Assembly (NCBI RefSeq): GCF_037042905.1
Contig: NC_087263.1
Span: forward strand, 8,868,001-8,932,000
Direction: 5' to 3'
Length of the DNA: 64,000 nucleotides
Origin: Lytechinus pictus
Taxonomy: Eukaryota
Below, piece by piece: positions 13,013 through 27,698 of the stretch. The notes beneath the pieces were generated by a model. It did no database searches and was not told the DNA's origin. It saw only the letters and a program-made list of their open reading frames with translations. Every line of letters starts with the position of its first letter. Positions within the stretch are counted from its first letter, which is position 1. The position numbers were made by a program, and so were the translations under genes.

Positions 13013-16000
13013 GTTCAATGCATAGTTAGAATTATTTACGTGTAATTCTTTGTGCTTTTCTTTTTCTTCCTTACTCTTCTTTTTCTTCTTCTCCTTCTTC
13101 TTCTTCTTCTTCTTCTTCTTCGTCTTCTTATTTTTCTTCTCCTTCTTATTTTTCTTCTCCTTCTTCTTCCTCCTGTTCTTAGACTCGTTTGTAGTGAAAT
13201 GTAAAGATAATTATAAATACAAGGGAAATTAGAAATAAGCGTTTAATTAGATTTTTCAATATTGATACATATTTCCAGTACAAAATTTTGCCCGGATTAA
13301 AACCAATGATTGTGAGAGCAGCCACATCTTTTTTATGGAAAAAAGGGTCGGCAGATATTCTAGCTGGAACTGCTTAACCTAGTTCTACGCAAAGTTTGTG
13401 TAACTTCATCAGCAATTTGTGAACAGTTTATGAAACATCACTCCCCAGTGATTAAGAAATGAATGGAGAAAGAAGAAAATAGATCTAGGATAAAAAGTAA
13501 GGACGGTGAAAAAATAAGAAGTACAATGATTTCTTGAAATTTTGTAGTGACAAACAGACTCCAGTATTGTACATCTCGGGAGGTCAATCTCCCTCAATGT
13601 CCAACGACCAATGCAATAATATAATTTGACTAGACTTTTCAAAATTGAATATTAGATTAAAAAACAATAAACTGAACGAAACTGTAATCTTCCTCGGATG
13701 AGACCGCTGGCAAAAACCAGGAAACTAGATGTATATTCAGGGCAAGATGAAACTAGAAAAAACCCTTTTCATTTTTTTTTTTTTTATTTATAAAATGCAT
13801 CCTGATGACTAGGTGGGAAGATATCCATTTGTCTGATATTGCTTTTGGATTAAAGCCTAAGTGTTATTTCAACTGACTAGGGTTATCTTTCCATTAATAT
13901 AGCTCTGCTGATTAATCTCGAAACCGTTCCTCCATTCAGTCCTATTATTCTTTTTTCTCTTAACCCCCTTTCTCCATCTCTCTCTCTCTCTCTATCTCTC
14001 ATTTTCTCTTTCTATATCCTCTTTCCTACTATTCCTCTATATCAATTTACATTTTACTCTCTTTCGCTGACTCGCCTGTGTCTTTCTGGGTATAAAGGGC
14101 TTTTCTGTTGTCCAAATTAACTTCGTTTTTCTTAGTTAACTTGACATTTGGGAAATCTCTGTTCCATTTCATAAAAGTCTGTGTAATCTTTGAAATTACT
14201 TCGTTCTACTTCACGTGGGAAATCATTCCCTTTAGAATAAAAACAACACCTTGGTTTCATAGGCGACCATAGACCACAACCCATCTGTCCGAGCCCCCTC
14301 CCCCGTTCTCACCCTTACATCATGAAAATCCCTCTTTACATTTGTTTCCCCCTCTTACTTCTTTTTTACCAATTCAGGCTAATAACTGCCTCAATACATT
14401 TCAACCTTGTAAAAAGTATGAATTTTCGTTTCTTCTTGCATTTACATGAAGCCCCGGCCAAAGCCCACGCTGCGGTGATAGTTCCTGTTCACTACTCCAC
14501 ACGAACCATCAGGTTGATTCTATACAAATTGTACCGTATTCACGGCATAAAGATGAAAATAATTCGTATAATATTTTTTTCATTCAAATCACCCGGTATT
14601 TTTAACATTATGCGAACGATCAGCAACTAGTTCACTTCTTTTCTATGCTTCTATCAGTCTCAAAATCGATGATTTCTTCACGCGGATCGCAAGTAACGTC
14701 GCGTTCACGCACACTTGCCATTGCGATGTTTTGCGATCGGGTGAAGAAACTCGCCCGATATCCCTTTTCCCCCCAGTTACTACTTAGAAATGCATACACT
14801 TGCATTTTCTTCAAGTTCATTGAATTGCTGAATTTGAGTTAGTCACGATATATCCATATACCCAGGGCATTCGTATAATTAGATAGGTCGCCCGATTGTC
14901 ACCCAAACTGCGTCCAAATTGATATATCTGTATATATTACAAACAACCGTAATTTCCTCTGGATTGTGGGAGTCACATTAACAAACTTATCTTCTTTTTT
15001 TTTAATCTCGCGAGCTCCCTGAAAAAAGCTGACAATTCCCTGATACAAATTATTTTGGTTACCTAAATTACCTAAATACGCACCGGAAACAACATCCTCA
15101 TTGCAAAAGCCACACACCAGCTCCTTACTTTGCTTGGTCCTTCAATATGATTTCCACTACTCTCATCCTACCTCTGCCAAAGAAACAACCATTTCTTTCT
15201 TTTTTTCTCACGGGTTACTGCTGTCACAGGGGAAATACAATAAAGGGGTCGTTTTTAATCAAACTCGCAACTTCTTTGACTACAATTATAAACAGCCTCG
15301 TTTTCTTTTTAGAGCTATCTCTCTCTCTTTCTCCCTATTTATATTAATCTATTTATTTGTTTTACATCATCTCTCTCTCTCTCTTTCTATTTCGGGGTAT
15401 CATATTTTCTTGTCTAAACTTTCATCTAATATTCTTTTCGGCTTCCATGTTTAGATATTCCTTTTCACCATTTCCCGCCTTGGACAAAGTCGGACTCGTC
15501 TCTGGAGAGTCAACACATGCTTCTCTATCCCTACTTAACCCCAGGCCATCCGTGTCGCATGCATTTACGGATCCCATTATGTAATTAAGCAGTCTGCTGG
15601 CCGGCGGTGGGGTACAGATTGCGCTGCCATGGCAACGCCTCCCCTCCATCCTATTGTTCTCCGGTCGGTATCTGAGAGTGATGACCGAAGAGGAGCACAA
15701 AGTCATCAGGTAATCTATCACTGATCGCCGCCTTGAGTGAAGGGAGCAAATAGCCGCTGATTGTCCTCAAATTGAATGCACTTAGGCAACCTGTAAGCCA
15801 GTGTGTATTTTAATTGGGCTTGTATCGGCTACATGCGGACTTGATGATTTTTCAAATCACCGCCACTTGAACTAACAGATCTACAGGACATTCTACTGAG
15901 ATACTTAGATTAATAACGAGTAGTTAAACGATGTAATAACATAAGGGTAACTGAAACTCGTGATGTAAACACAGTAAACAAGTCTGAACCCAAAGTCGGA

Positions 16001-19000
16001 AGAAGGGGGTCCGCCTATAAAACGAGTTTGGAATTATGTGGGTGTATATTTCTACCTTTTTCGCATTCGAAATCAATTTAGGCCAACTTGACCAGAATTA
16101 TAAATCGGTTGCGCTGATTTGTTGTATTTGCTTTGAGAGCAACTCTTTAAGTAGCGCTAACGTTGGGAATACTGTCAAACAAGGATGTTTCCTTTGTGTG
16201 ATCAATCACATTATCAACTTTGTTTATTATCATTTGTCCACGCAGAGATTAAAAAAAAAAAACTCTGCGTGGACGAATGAAAATAAACAAAGTTGATATT
16301 ACAAAAGCATGACTGTAACAAAATTAATATGTAAGACAAAAAGGAAAGCATTTTTAGCAAACTGGAAATGTTCTGCAATTTAGTATTTGTCTATGCATCA
16401 CTAAGCTTCTAGCACACAGGAAAGGTTCGTACTATCGCATCATTATACCAGGGAAGTTCCCTGATTATACGAACCTCACTGTTCATAAGGATTCTTGAGC
16501 TCGTAGAGATTTTTTTCGTAAGAATACCTTATGATACGCTTTCGTCACACGTTAGGTCATGTTACGACTTCTTTGTTCGTAAGATGGTCATTAACTGCGA
16601 CACACAGTGCCCTCAAGTCATATTTTACTCAACAGTTGCGATTTTTTATTTCCCTACGGCTTACAAATCCCTTTCAAACTCCTCACAAACGCAATGAGTA
16701 GTTCGCATGAACAACTTAATGCGTTATTGCGATCATCGTACGACCTTCCTGAGAACATCTTCCAAAATGGTCTAAACTTATTTGCGCGGCGTTCGTGGGA
16801 GTTCCTAGTGGTTTTGTGACCGATTTATTATACGATTGACAAACATCAGCACACGATTTCCTCTTCCGAAAGTTCGGATAAACTTTTCTACAAATTTTCT
16901 GCAAATTTTATACAGTCAATTAGCAAAACTATACGACTGGTCAACAATCTCCCTGGTATACATGTTGTAACATATTTGATAAAATATTCTTTGAAAAAAA
17001 AAGATTTGTGGTAAGTTGCAACCTTTCTTTTTTGCAGTTTTTTCACTATCGTATAAAATGAAACCTTATTTTCTTCCTTTATTCCATCTACTTACATGAC
17101 TAAATGACAAATCCTCGCTTCCTCATCATCAATCATGTCAATAGCGTGTATCTGCCCAACTGATTATTCTGTTCCACCGCGACATTTACCATAGTGACCA
17201 CAAGCTACTGGCGTTCAGAGGAAATACAAGGGTAGCGTCTCAAGAAGCGATTTGCTACTGATTTAAACTGATGAATTTAATAATAAGCTACTGAAATCAG
17301 TGCATCTGATTGGCTGAGAAAAAATCATGTTAGATAAATCACTGACAGGACACATTGTGAAAATTAACCCTGAAAATAAAGGTTGCAAGGAAATGAAGAA
17401 AGGTTCGGTTTCGGCGAACAGCTTCGTCTGTATATCTTTCCCCACGATGTCATGAAATCCTGTTGACATGGTTGAAGCAATAAACCCGTTGCAGAAGAGG
17501 ACTCCTGAAAAGTGACTGCTAGTACGTTCTGGCCAATGGCACAGATATTCAGATATACTTCCTTATGCGAATATATTGACATTTCTTAACAGTATAAATA
17601 TGATCTACGCTGGGAGAAGTCAAGAAATAGGAATGGCACTTAAAAAAGTCTAAGTCCGGTATTCCGAAGTACGGTTTAACTTTGATCACGGTTACTCAGT
17701 TCAACTTATAAGAAGCCAAACAATTAAACGCATTTACGCAATATGTTTCCTATCTTTACCTGGCTCTTTCATCCTGTTTAATAATGGTAAGAAACATTTC
17801 AGTAATAATTCCCAAACAGTTATAAATAATGTGGGTGTCACATGAGATGACATATTAGCTGGCACTGTAAGAGTAACCTGTCACATATACATGGTTAAAC
17901 CACAATTTAAAACCATAATTTGAATTAAACCCGAGTACAGATTGCGGCCCTATGGCTCGACCTGTACGCCTGCGAGTGGAAGAATCACTGCACAAACCTT
18001 TGAGGCATTTTTTGGCATGCTTAGATTGTTTTGTTTCAAGCAAGTAACGTATTCAATAAATCATTATCTCACAAGGGCACTTCCCCAAAGCTGCCTCAAC
18101 CATTATTGCAACCCCGTTCATAATAATCACACCAAAGTCCAGCATGTCCAATGGGACTTCAATTAGCGAAACACATGTATTTCTTAATGGGGATTACCAC
18201 TTCCCAGCCATCATGACCATGTGTTACGATTGTCCATTGTTGGAATATCAGGGTGCCGAGCAGAAGCGTAATGAACCAAAAAACTCGAAGGAGTCAGATT
18301 TGGCAGATAGACCGAAAGATATAAAATTTAAAAAAAGATGCGAGCGAGCGAAACTACCGATCCAGATTTTGATGTTTTTAATACAAACATATTATTTGGG
18401 GTTTAATTGGGACATAAGAAGCAGAGGATAATATAGCATGTCTCTCTTTCCATTTCCCTTCCTTTTTTGTCTCCATTATGTTTCGGGTCATGAAACATTT
18501 GGTCTCTATATTATTCGATATACTGTAGTATATTTTCGCCATCTTCTTCTTCATCTACTCCTCCTCAATTCCCCATTTTCTCCTTAAATCTCCCTTTTGT
18601 CATAAACTTATTCTGATTATTCTTTTTTTGTATTCGTCTTCTCCAGATTCCGCTAAAATATATATTTTTGTCACCTCTACCATCAGCCTTGCACCTCCCC
18701 TTTTTTACCATATTGAATATATATTGTGTAACATGATATGCAAGCTACTTATGCAGATTCATATTGCTAAAATAATTTCACCGGATGCATTTTACAGTTC
18801 ATCTTATTCTAATTTCATTTCAAACGTTACGTATCGTATACAAGATTGTTCAAATATAACCATTATCCTGAAAGTATCATTGTAGATGCCGATTTCTTCC
18901 TTGTTGACTTATTGATGTCTATATTTTGTTATTAACTTGTAAATTGAACATTATTTAGCGTGCTGGTTACCATAATTTCCTTCTCCTCCCCCCCCCCCCC

Positions 19001-20250
19001 CCCTCCTTATTCTTCCATCCTCATCCGCCCATCTTGTTCTTCTTCGTGTTTCTTCTTTCTCTCCTTGTACAAATCGTAGATATAATCTTTTTCAAACTCA
19101 TCCCTGAAACTCCTTCTTCTCGAATACACTATCCATCAGTCCATAGTCATTTGAAACCCGCCATGACTGTATATAATATATATTCAAAACACATTTGGGA
19201 TTTCCAAGTTTTCGTGGCCGTCGACTGCACTGCACCTAGTGTATTGGGAAGTGATTTCGAGGGGCCTCCATGATCTCCATTAAGGTTTCTGAAAATTTGA
19301 GAACACTGTAAGATATCCAATCTAAATGATTTAGATCACCAGTAACAGACTTGATCTCTTTAAGTGGAGGATGGTTAATCACAGGAGACAGTCGAGATGT
19401 GAACGGGTAAATTAAAAGTGCCACGTTGGAAACATTCGGAGATGAGAAATGCGTGCTACCGAGTAAGGTGATGTAATCAAAGCAAGTCATATAGTAATTA
19501 ATTCAAGAAAAGAGAGACAAGTCTTGAAGTTTAAAGAGACACTTAAGAAGGTATAACTATTGGTTTATAGTGCTAAGGAGTAAGCCCAAACATTTCTTAG
19601 TATGGTTAATAAAATGCAAGCTATTTTTCGAACCAATTATCATGTTTACAATAAAATTAATGCACTGCTTATCGATGAGAAATTAAAAGCGGCATAAAGC
19701 TGAATGCCTAGATATTTATATATAAAACATAATATATATTAATATAGTAATATATTATATATTAAACATATTTAATGCATTATTTATTAAACATATTTAA
19801 TGTATGAAATATCAAACATGTCTAATGTATCATATGTTATACATATAACGTATATATAAAAGAAAATAAAATTTGGAAAAGTAACAACTCAACGGGTTGG
19901 AATTCATGTCATTTCAGAGGTTCTTTGTGAATTAATGTTGTTATTTTTCCTGGCATTTATTCGAAACTAATACAGTGATAAATATTTTATGTTATAGTTT
20001 AACAGGAAAAGTTATTAAAATTATTAGCAAGAGGAAAGAGATAACGGTTGTTTGTATAATTCATATGAACGATCTTCATCTCTTTCCTCTTTCTAATAGT
20101 GTTTTAATAATTTGTCTTGTTCTTTTTTTGTTCTACCGACTTTAACTTGTCAGTCACGAATGTCGTTAGCTATGTGTGTTTGTTATTATCGAATCGTTTT
20201 CTTTTGGTAAGAATTAAGATATTGTGATTGGAGGAGTAAATCAATAAATA

Positions 20251-20510
20251 CACTGTAAAAAAAGGATTGGGTAAAATTTTAACTAGCACGGGGGTAATTA
20301 TGTGTCTAGTCAATTTGGTGCAGTATGTTTAAATACCCAATGCGGGAAGCATATTGTCCACTAAGGTTAAAAAAATAAGCAGCAATTACTTTAGAATGGG
20401 CAAACTTTTCTTCATACCGGATAAATAAAAATGCCCAAAATAAATACCCAATGTTGGTTGGACACATAATTATCCTCATGGAGCAGTTTTACCCGATATT
20501 TTTTAGAGTG
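20251..20510 (-). mobile_element. ~255-bp CACT-ended MITE, copy 1
   Basis: CACTGTAAAAA...TTTTTAGAGTG with subterminal GGTAATTATGTGTC / GACACATAATTA inverted repeats. Reverse-orientation homologue of the copies at 33389 and 63669. Confidence 0.85.
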
Positions 20511-22574
20511 CGCATTCGTGTTTCAGAACCTTTTGTTTTGTTGTTCTCTCTCAATAAGAGATGAGCAACCATTTATAACGAAACTCTAAATCAAAATACT
20601 ATACTTTATAACACGGTGTCACAACGAGGGATAAAATATGATATTAAATTAAAGAGTTAAGTGATTCTATAATCTGGCAGAAATTTAATTACCTTTCAAG
20701 AAAAAATAGAATTTGAAGATTACGCCCCATCCGCCCCCTTCCTCAAGAAAACGAAAATACTAAAAGCATAATATGTACTTACAACTTAATTTTATAACAA
20801 AAATTACATATCTCAAAATATATATACATAATCATTTTGTGCAACAGCATGCCAATATCAATTACTTTTGATGATACCATGTCAATTAAAAAGCACAGTT
20901 TTCTGTCACCTTTGTCGTACTTTTTTCCTGAATCGATTTTCTGCACTCTAATCAGATCAAATGCTGTTCGATTATTGTTCCCATATATGCATAATTCATG
21001 TCAAATCATATCCTCGAGCTACATGTAGCACAATACAGATCGATGTCATGACATCATTTCTAGACAATGTCCCAAACATATTCATCAAAAGTTACCCATA
21101 TAATCAGACTAGTACATCAGCCGAGTTATATCAAATGAAATTAGCTCATGTAGACATATTTTGAGTAATGTACAGAGTAGACGGAAATATTACAATGTAC
21201 ACCCCCGCCCCCACAAAAAAGATGAATAACTTGATAAATCGAATGGGAAGAAAATCAATGCAATAATACATTAAACATGATTGATAGATAATAATTTTAT
21301 GAATAACTGTCATAAACAATCTACTTTTTATGAAAGCTTACCTTTAGCAAGTTTACATCTAGTGAAGATGAATGGTGTTTTTCTTCAGTTGCTGATAGAT
21401 AAACTTACTTGGCTAAGCAGATCCACGTTAAAACATTTTGTTTGAAATTTGATAACCAAGTAGCATTCCGTTAAATTAAACTTCTGTCAGCATAACATCT
21501 TTTCACACGTTCCTCCCGAAAATTCGGAAAGTTCAAGATCGTCAGGTGTCTCCAACTGCACGCTGTTCAAACTAGACAGACAATTAGTTGTGTTTAGTAA
21601 GTGCCTGCGAGTGCGTGTCTAAACAGCACTGAGTGTGCTCGACGGTCTGCCAACAACCAGACGGAGGAGATTGATTTAGGGACGGTGCGCGCCACACGAA
21701 CGAGCGATGTTTCGACTCGATGTCAACCGCCCAGCGAGCGACGATCGCGTTACAATGCTGATAGTCGGAAACTCTACCGTCTCTACGCCAACTACGAACA
21801 TATTCACATTTTCCGAATCGGCATTTGAACGCCACCGCACACACACTGCAAAATCACTCCAACCTTAGCGCAAGAGGGGTGGACATCCGTGTATTTGCGC
21901 AGGTTCGCAATGCGCGTGCAAATGTACGACCTGCGCTGTGTCGGTACGGCGCTTTCAAAGGGTGATCGCGGGTTGTTTGAACTGATTTCAATCTCGGATA
22001 ATTAATTGCTGGCCATGCTCATCGCGCAGCAGTTTTCTCTAGTCATCTAGTCATCAAGAATGCTGAAGTGCGATGCTTTTTCCCCGGGAACGTAACTTAA
22101 GTTTCAAAATGTTCTCGGCGGTGGGGAGACGCTGTGGTTGTGGGAATCGCCATTTGATAATCATAATGATGAAACGCGAATACGGAAAGTATTATCAAAG
22201 GGGTGATTAGGGTGGGGTCACGTTGTGAAATGGATAGCCGGAAGAGGACTATCAAAGTAAAAGAGAGAATACACTAGAGATGGCGAGAATAATCCACGAG
22301 AGTGATCTCCTAAACTAATATGCCCTGGATACTTGACAGAGAATCGCCTTCGCCGTTCTTTTTACATCATCAGTTTCTTGATAATAGACGGGTTCAGTGT
22401 TTGTGGCGGGTAGAGCAATAATATGATTTCTTTGGGATTGCCGGCTTCATGTCGATATAATTGTATACAAAACACGGTATAATTACTTTAGGGCAGTACT
22501 TGGTCACTGTATGGATACAATCATTCAGCTTCTTGCAATCATTGTTTAACTTGAATCCAAGACAAGCGGTATAT

Positions 22575-24330
22575 AGTGATAATGATAATAGTTATAATAA
22601 TAATGATAATATTAATAATCTTTATATATAGCGCAAATCACAGTTAAGCCTCTTAGCGCTCTAAAAAGATTGAGAAAGAAAATAAAAAATTATCGTATTG
22701 AACTTAAATATATCATTATACAAATTTGAGACTGAACTTAGAGAATATGGAACTAAATATAATGTACCAATATCAAGAAAATCAATCTTTTTCTCTGGTA
22801 ACCGATGTAAATTGCGAAGTAAAGGAGAAACAGATTTTCGAGACCGTGTATTAGTGATAACCCTTGTAGCAGAATTCTGTATGCGCTGCAGTGTACTGAT
22901 CAGTGTGTCGGACAAGCCATACAGTAGGCCATTACAATTATCAATATGGCTAATTACAAATGCATGAATAGGTCTTGCTTTACGTATCCTGATTAAAGTG
23001 ACACCTAATTTTCCAATTTTGTGTAAACCATAAGAACTGATAATCAACATCTTGTTTATATGACTAGACAAGCTTTCATATGGACCTAGCGAGTCCCCCC
23101 CCCCCCGGGTTCAAGTGAGGAATGGCCAACCTGGCAATGTCTTAATCGCCTACGGTCTGGGACAGGACGGTGCAAAGTTCTTATGCAGAAATGGGGATAC
23201 AGCATAGATGGGGACATTGCTTCCGAGTGTGGGGAGGATCAGACGATGCAACACCTTCAGGTCTGCCCCTCCTACATTGTACCAGAGTCGTGCACTGCCG
23301 AAGATCTGGAGTCCTTTAACCCCAAAGTCAGATCTTGTACCCTCCACTGGACAGGTCTTATATAGTGACCCGAGAAGAATAAGAATGACTAGACATTGTC
23401 AATTGATTATAAATCCTGGCTTCATTGCACTCTTTGATGGTTGCAGACTGAATCGAGTGTAAGAGACAGAAGAAAGCGAACTTCTTATTTGATGACGGGA
23501 AGACAAGTGAAAAAGTTCAGTTTTTCCTTCATTGATTGGAAGTCCATTTTCAAATGACCATGCTGATATTTCCTGCAGGCACAATTCTAGTTTATGAATC
23601 ATATTCCACCAGTCATAACGATTAACTATGGCATAAAGCCGAGTGTCGTCAGCAAACATAGCATGATCAAATCCATGTGCCCTGATGATAATCTTCGTGG
23701 GGTGAGGAGCACATCGTAAAAAGAAAGGGGGCCAACACTGTACCTTGCGGCACTCCTCGTAGCAGTACTTGGCTGGCAGATTTCTTGTCTCCAATGACAA
23801 AAGACTGAAAACAACCAGTGATGTATGATTCAATCAAATTAAGCAGCACCTGCCAGTGAATCAAAATCTGCTGCGCAGCCGACGGAGAAGGATACCATGA
23901 GATGACGTGTCAAAGGCTGCCGAGTTATCCAACATTAGAAGAACTGCCTCTTAGCCACAGTCTAATCGAAGGAGGAGATCATTGCAAACCTTTAACAAAG
24001 CTGTTTTACAACTATTGTTTTTGCGATATGCGGATTGCATGTTATGATTCAAGTAGTTCAATGACAGATAAGACTGTATCTATCACATCCAATGGCTTTA
24101 GATGGGAAATTTAGATTAGCAATTGGTCCGTAAATATTCAGTTCATCAGCCAGCATTCAATTCACTTTTCTTCATAAGTAGTTTGTCCTGAGCATGCTTC
24201 AAGGAATCGGGAAGCAATGCTTGGTCAAACGATAAATTGGACCGAGCACATCCTTGCACTGCTTTAGAAGTTGGGTGGGGATTGGAGCAAGTTCTCGAGT
24301 TGACGAGGGAGAAGCACTAAAGGAATTCAA
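22575..24330 (-). mobile_element. Degenerate L2-like LINE
   Basis: Minus-strand fragments GVPQGTVLAPFLF, MFADDTRLY, INEGKTE, IHAFVISHIDNCNGLLYGL, LQRIQNSATR. (ATT)n tail at 22578-22620. Multiple frameshifts; 5' boundary approximate. Confidence 0.8.
23071..23384 (+). mobile_element. Short 3' end of a non-LTR retrotransposon inserted into the L2, 11-bp TSD
   Basis: ATGACTAGACA is duplicated at 23060-23070 and 23385-23395. Insert encodes WQCLNRLRSGTGRC..LMQKWG...ECGEDQTMQHLQVC and ends in a GAA-like tail. Confidence 0.85.
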
Positions 24331-24984
24331 ATTACGATATCAGACATCAGATTATGCTTTTGTTAATCTTAACAAAGTTATGACTTCTAACCCCCCCCCC
24401 CTCCCTCCCCCCCCCCCCACAAAATTGCATGAACGATGCCAGGATGCTTACAGGGCAGTTGCCTTGGCGTGTATCAATATTTTATTTTTCTTTATTCTCG
24501 GCTCTGTCATTTTTTTTTCATTAAAACGATGTACAAACTTAGTGGACCGTGGACGGCTTCTCCCTGCACCCTAAAAATCAATGACGTTTGTATGGGGATC
24601 ATGACTATATATTAAACATACAAAATCGGCAAAGAAAGTGGTCTACAGATGTCAAAAATGGGAGGCCTTGAAAAAAAAGCCGTAAAGGACCATTCTCATA
24701 AAGATATGAGAAAAGTAATATTTGATCCCGGGGCCCTGGCCTGCATGACATGTGCCTTTCCTAACATGCTAACTGAGCTTTCAGGGCTACCGATATCGAG
24801 GCATTGTTACCACTTTTAACCGTCGGCGTAGCGCATGCTTTGGCTTTTCATTGAGACAGATCATTCTCCCAAAGCCGGACAACGGATTTCTTCTTTGGAA
24901 AAAAAATGGGTAATATTTCAAGGATTTTTAAAAAAACAGGAAGGGGGAAAAAAATATTTTGACTGTTTTGGGACATAATTATAG

Positions 24985-26356
24985 CATATAATTTTGAGTT
25001 TATCTTATTTGCTGATGACACCACAATTATTGCATCAGTTCATAATCTTTTTAATTTAATAAACAAAACAAATAGTGAACTGATTAAAATTACTAACTGG
25101 TTTAATGCAAACAAACTAATTGTCAACTATGAAAAAACAATTTTTTTATATTTCTCAAACAAAAATACTGTTCATAATCAATTGAATATTTCCTTAATTA
25201 TGAATAATGTCAATCTTACAATGACCAGAAATGTTAAATTTCTTGGAGTCACCCTTGATGATAAGATTAATTTCAGTGAGCATAGATTGGAAATATGTAG
25301 GAAAGTATCAAAAAGTATAGGCATTTTATTTAAACTTCAATCTATTCTTCCCGAAAAAAAATATCTGATAATGCTATACAATTCTTTAATCCTTCCTTAT
25401 TTACAATACTGTAATATAGCATGGAGAGGGACAGGTTCAACAAAACTTGAACCCTTGCACACACTTCAGAAAAAGGCTTTACGAATTTGTACATCTTCTC
25501 ATTTCCTTGCCCATTCTCAACCAATATTTTTTAGACTTAAAACGTTGAATATTTTTGATATTCATACTTGCCAAACTGCTATTCTAATGTTCAAACTAAA
25601 AAAAACAATATTACCTAGCAATATCTCTTCATTTTTTCAACAAAATAAGCATATTCATTCTTACATTACCCGACAAAGTTCAAAATTACACTATTCAAAA
25701 GTAGAAAATGATCGCTCGCTGAGATTAATCCGTCATCAAGGTCCTCGGATATGGAATACTCTGAATGTGAATGTTACATCATGCAGCTATTTAAACTCTT
25801 TTAAACAAAAATGTAAATCAAGCTTGCTATCTACTTATAGTCACTAAATATATTTTTTTTCCTCTCTAATAATTGGATAATATGTATGTACATTGTGCTT
25901 TACCGGTATTTGATGCGTCTCACTCTTTTTTTTTTTCATTTACAAATTTTAGAGTGACTTGTTCCAGGCACAATTGACTAGGCACAAATACCTCCCCCCA
26001 TGCCTGTGTGATTGACTGTGTGGTGTGGATGTGTTTGTTTTGTTTTTGCTTTGTTACTCTGTTTAAACGCTTTTTTTATCATCTTCTTTGTGTACACAAT
26101 CTACAAATTTTTTTTTCCTGGGGGGAACATTTAACCCACAAGCTTTGCTTTTTAGTTCCCCCCTTTTTCCTCATCTACTATATTATTGTACATGAATTAT
26201 GAAATGCATTTTTTCTGCTCTCTTTATGTATGTAAATATTTAATGACTAGAAATGCATTTATAATGTTATGTGTTGTAAATATGAATTTGATTTTTTTAC
26301 TAATATGGAAATAAAGACATTGAATTGAATTGAATTGAATTGAAATTGAATTGAAT
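24985..26356 (+). mobile_element. 5'-truncated CR1/L2-group LINE with (TTGAA)n tail
   Basis: In-frame LFADDTT at 25005-25025 continues into ORF 25182-25847 (VKFLGV, LQYCNIAW, LQKKALRIC, GPRIWN). AATAAA followed by (TTGAA)n at 26320-26356. Confidence 0.88.
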
Positions 26357-27075
26357 TATTTTAATTCTTTTTTGGAGTTGGAACATGTAATTCCCATTGC
26401 CTTTAAAGTGACGTTTACGTGTCCATGCATACATACGTTGAATAACATGTACTTTCAACAGACGATTCTAATATAAAAACTCAGATTTAACTGTTGCAGG
26501 AACTCAAAACCTCGATCGTGTTCCTATTCGTTATATAAACACTACATTACGGATTGCCAAATCACTACTCAAAAGGAAACTCGACGATTGCCAATTTTTA
26601 TCGTACAATCGGTGTTCATCACGCGGGCAGTCACCTGTATGCTGGTGAAAGGGAAAGGGAAACTAATCATGAACAGGCTTCAACCACCCCCCCCCCCCTT
26701 CCTAGAAAGAATTTGATGCCATTTTCTTGATCATCGAATAGATCATGCTTGGTAGTACACTTGGATATCGCAAAGCAGATTGTTGTTATATTTTTTATAG
26801 AATCTGATAAGATCTAAAGAGCCCTTACATCATCGTCTTCATTACAATAGCCTTCCCTGTTGGCCTACCTTTATCCAAAGTTATGTCACTTCTGGTTACT
26901 GAACCACGCTAAATTGTTAGTTACGTAAGTGACCAATTAGTTCTGGGGGAGTATTCCTGTGTAATTAAAATATTATTATTTGGAATGATGAATGTTCGTG
27001 AACAAAAATAGTATAAAAAGCACATTGGATCCCCCACGTATAGGTATTCCAACAATATCGTAATTAGGTGACCTG

Positions 27076-27228
27076 AGCCCCGTTGCAGAAAAGTTACCCT
27101 ATCAGTAAATTTGCTATCCAATGGTAACTTGCATGGAATCCTTGATTCTGATTGGCTGTTGGTCATCGTTACCATAGTGGTTACCATTGGATGGCAAAGT
27201 ATATTAGTAACTTTTATGCAACGGGGCC
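27076..27228. mobile_element. Small Harbinger-type MITE
   Basis: GCCCCGTTGCAGAAAAGTTAC / GTAACTTTTATGCAACGGGGC inverted ends with CWG flanks; internal CTGATTGGCTG. Confidence 0.75.
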
Positions 27229-27543
27229 CAGACATAGCTCAGGTAGTAAATTTTCTACCAAGCTGCTAGAGAACACGTTAAGACCCTTCTAGATCGAATT
27301 CTGTGAAAGATATGGTATTGAGGTAAATGTGTCGCATTTAATCCCTTTCCCCTCCTTTTTTTGGGGGGAGGATCTCCTGCATTTTCATATGTCGTGAATT
27401 CCCCCCCCCCCTCATCATCTGTACGACATTGCACTATCAAACTAGATGCACGTCCCATAGACGAAACCGACTTTAGGCCTGTATGGAGTCGGTTTCGTTG
27501 TTATGACTGTATCATATTACACACAAATTACAACAGTCACCAG

Positions 27544-27698
27544 GGCTCCGTAACACAACGGTTAGCGCTTACTCGCTAATTTGAAAGAGCAATTCTGATT
27601 GGTTCCTGGTCAGTCTACTGAGCGAAATGCGCATGCAACGATGGTCCTGATAGGTCAATTTATTTAGCGATTGAGACTTACCTTTTTTGTTACGGGAC
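27544..27698. mobile_element. Small Harbinger-type MITE
   Basis: CAGGGCTCCGTAACACAA / TTTTGTTACGGGACCCTG inverted ends; internal CTGATTGG. Confidence 0.65.

Noticed and set aside
14632..14820. Short minus-strand ORF containing MASVRERDVTCDPREEIIDFE as a gene start
   Set aside because: It terminates after ~29 codons with no splice donor and no recognisable homology.
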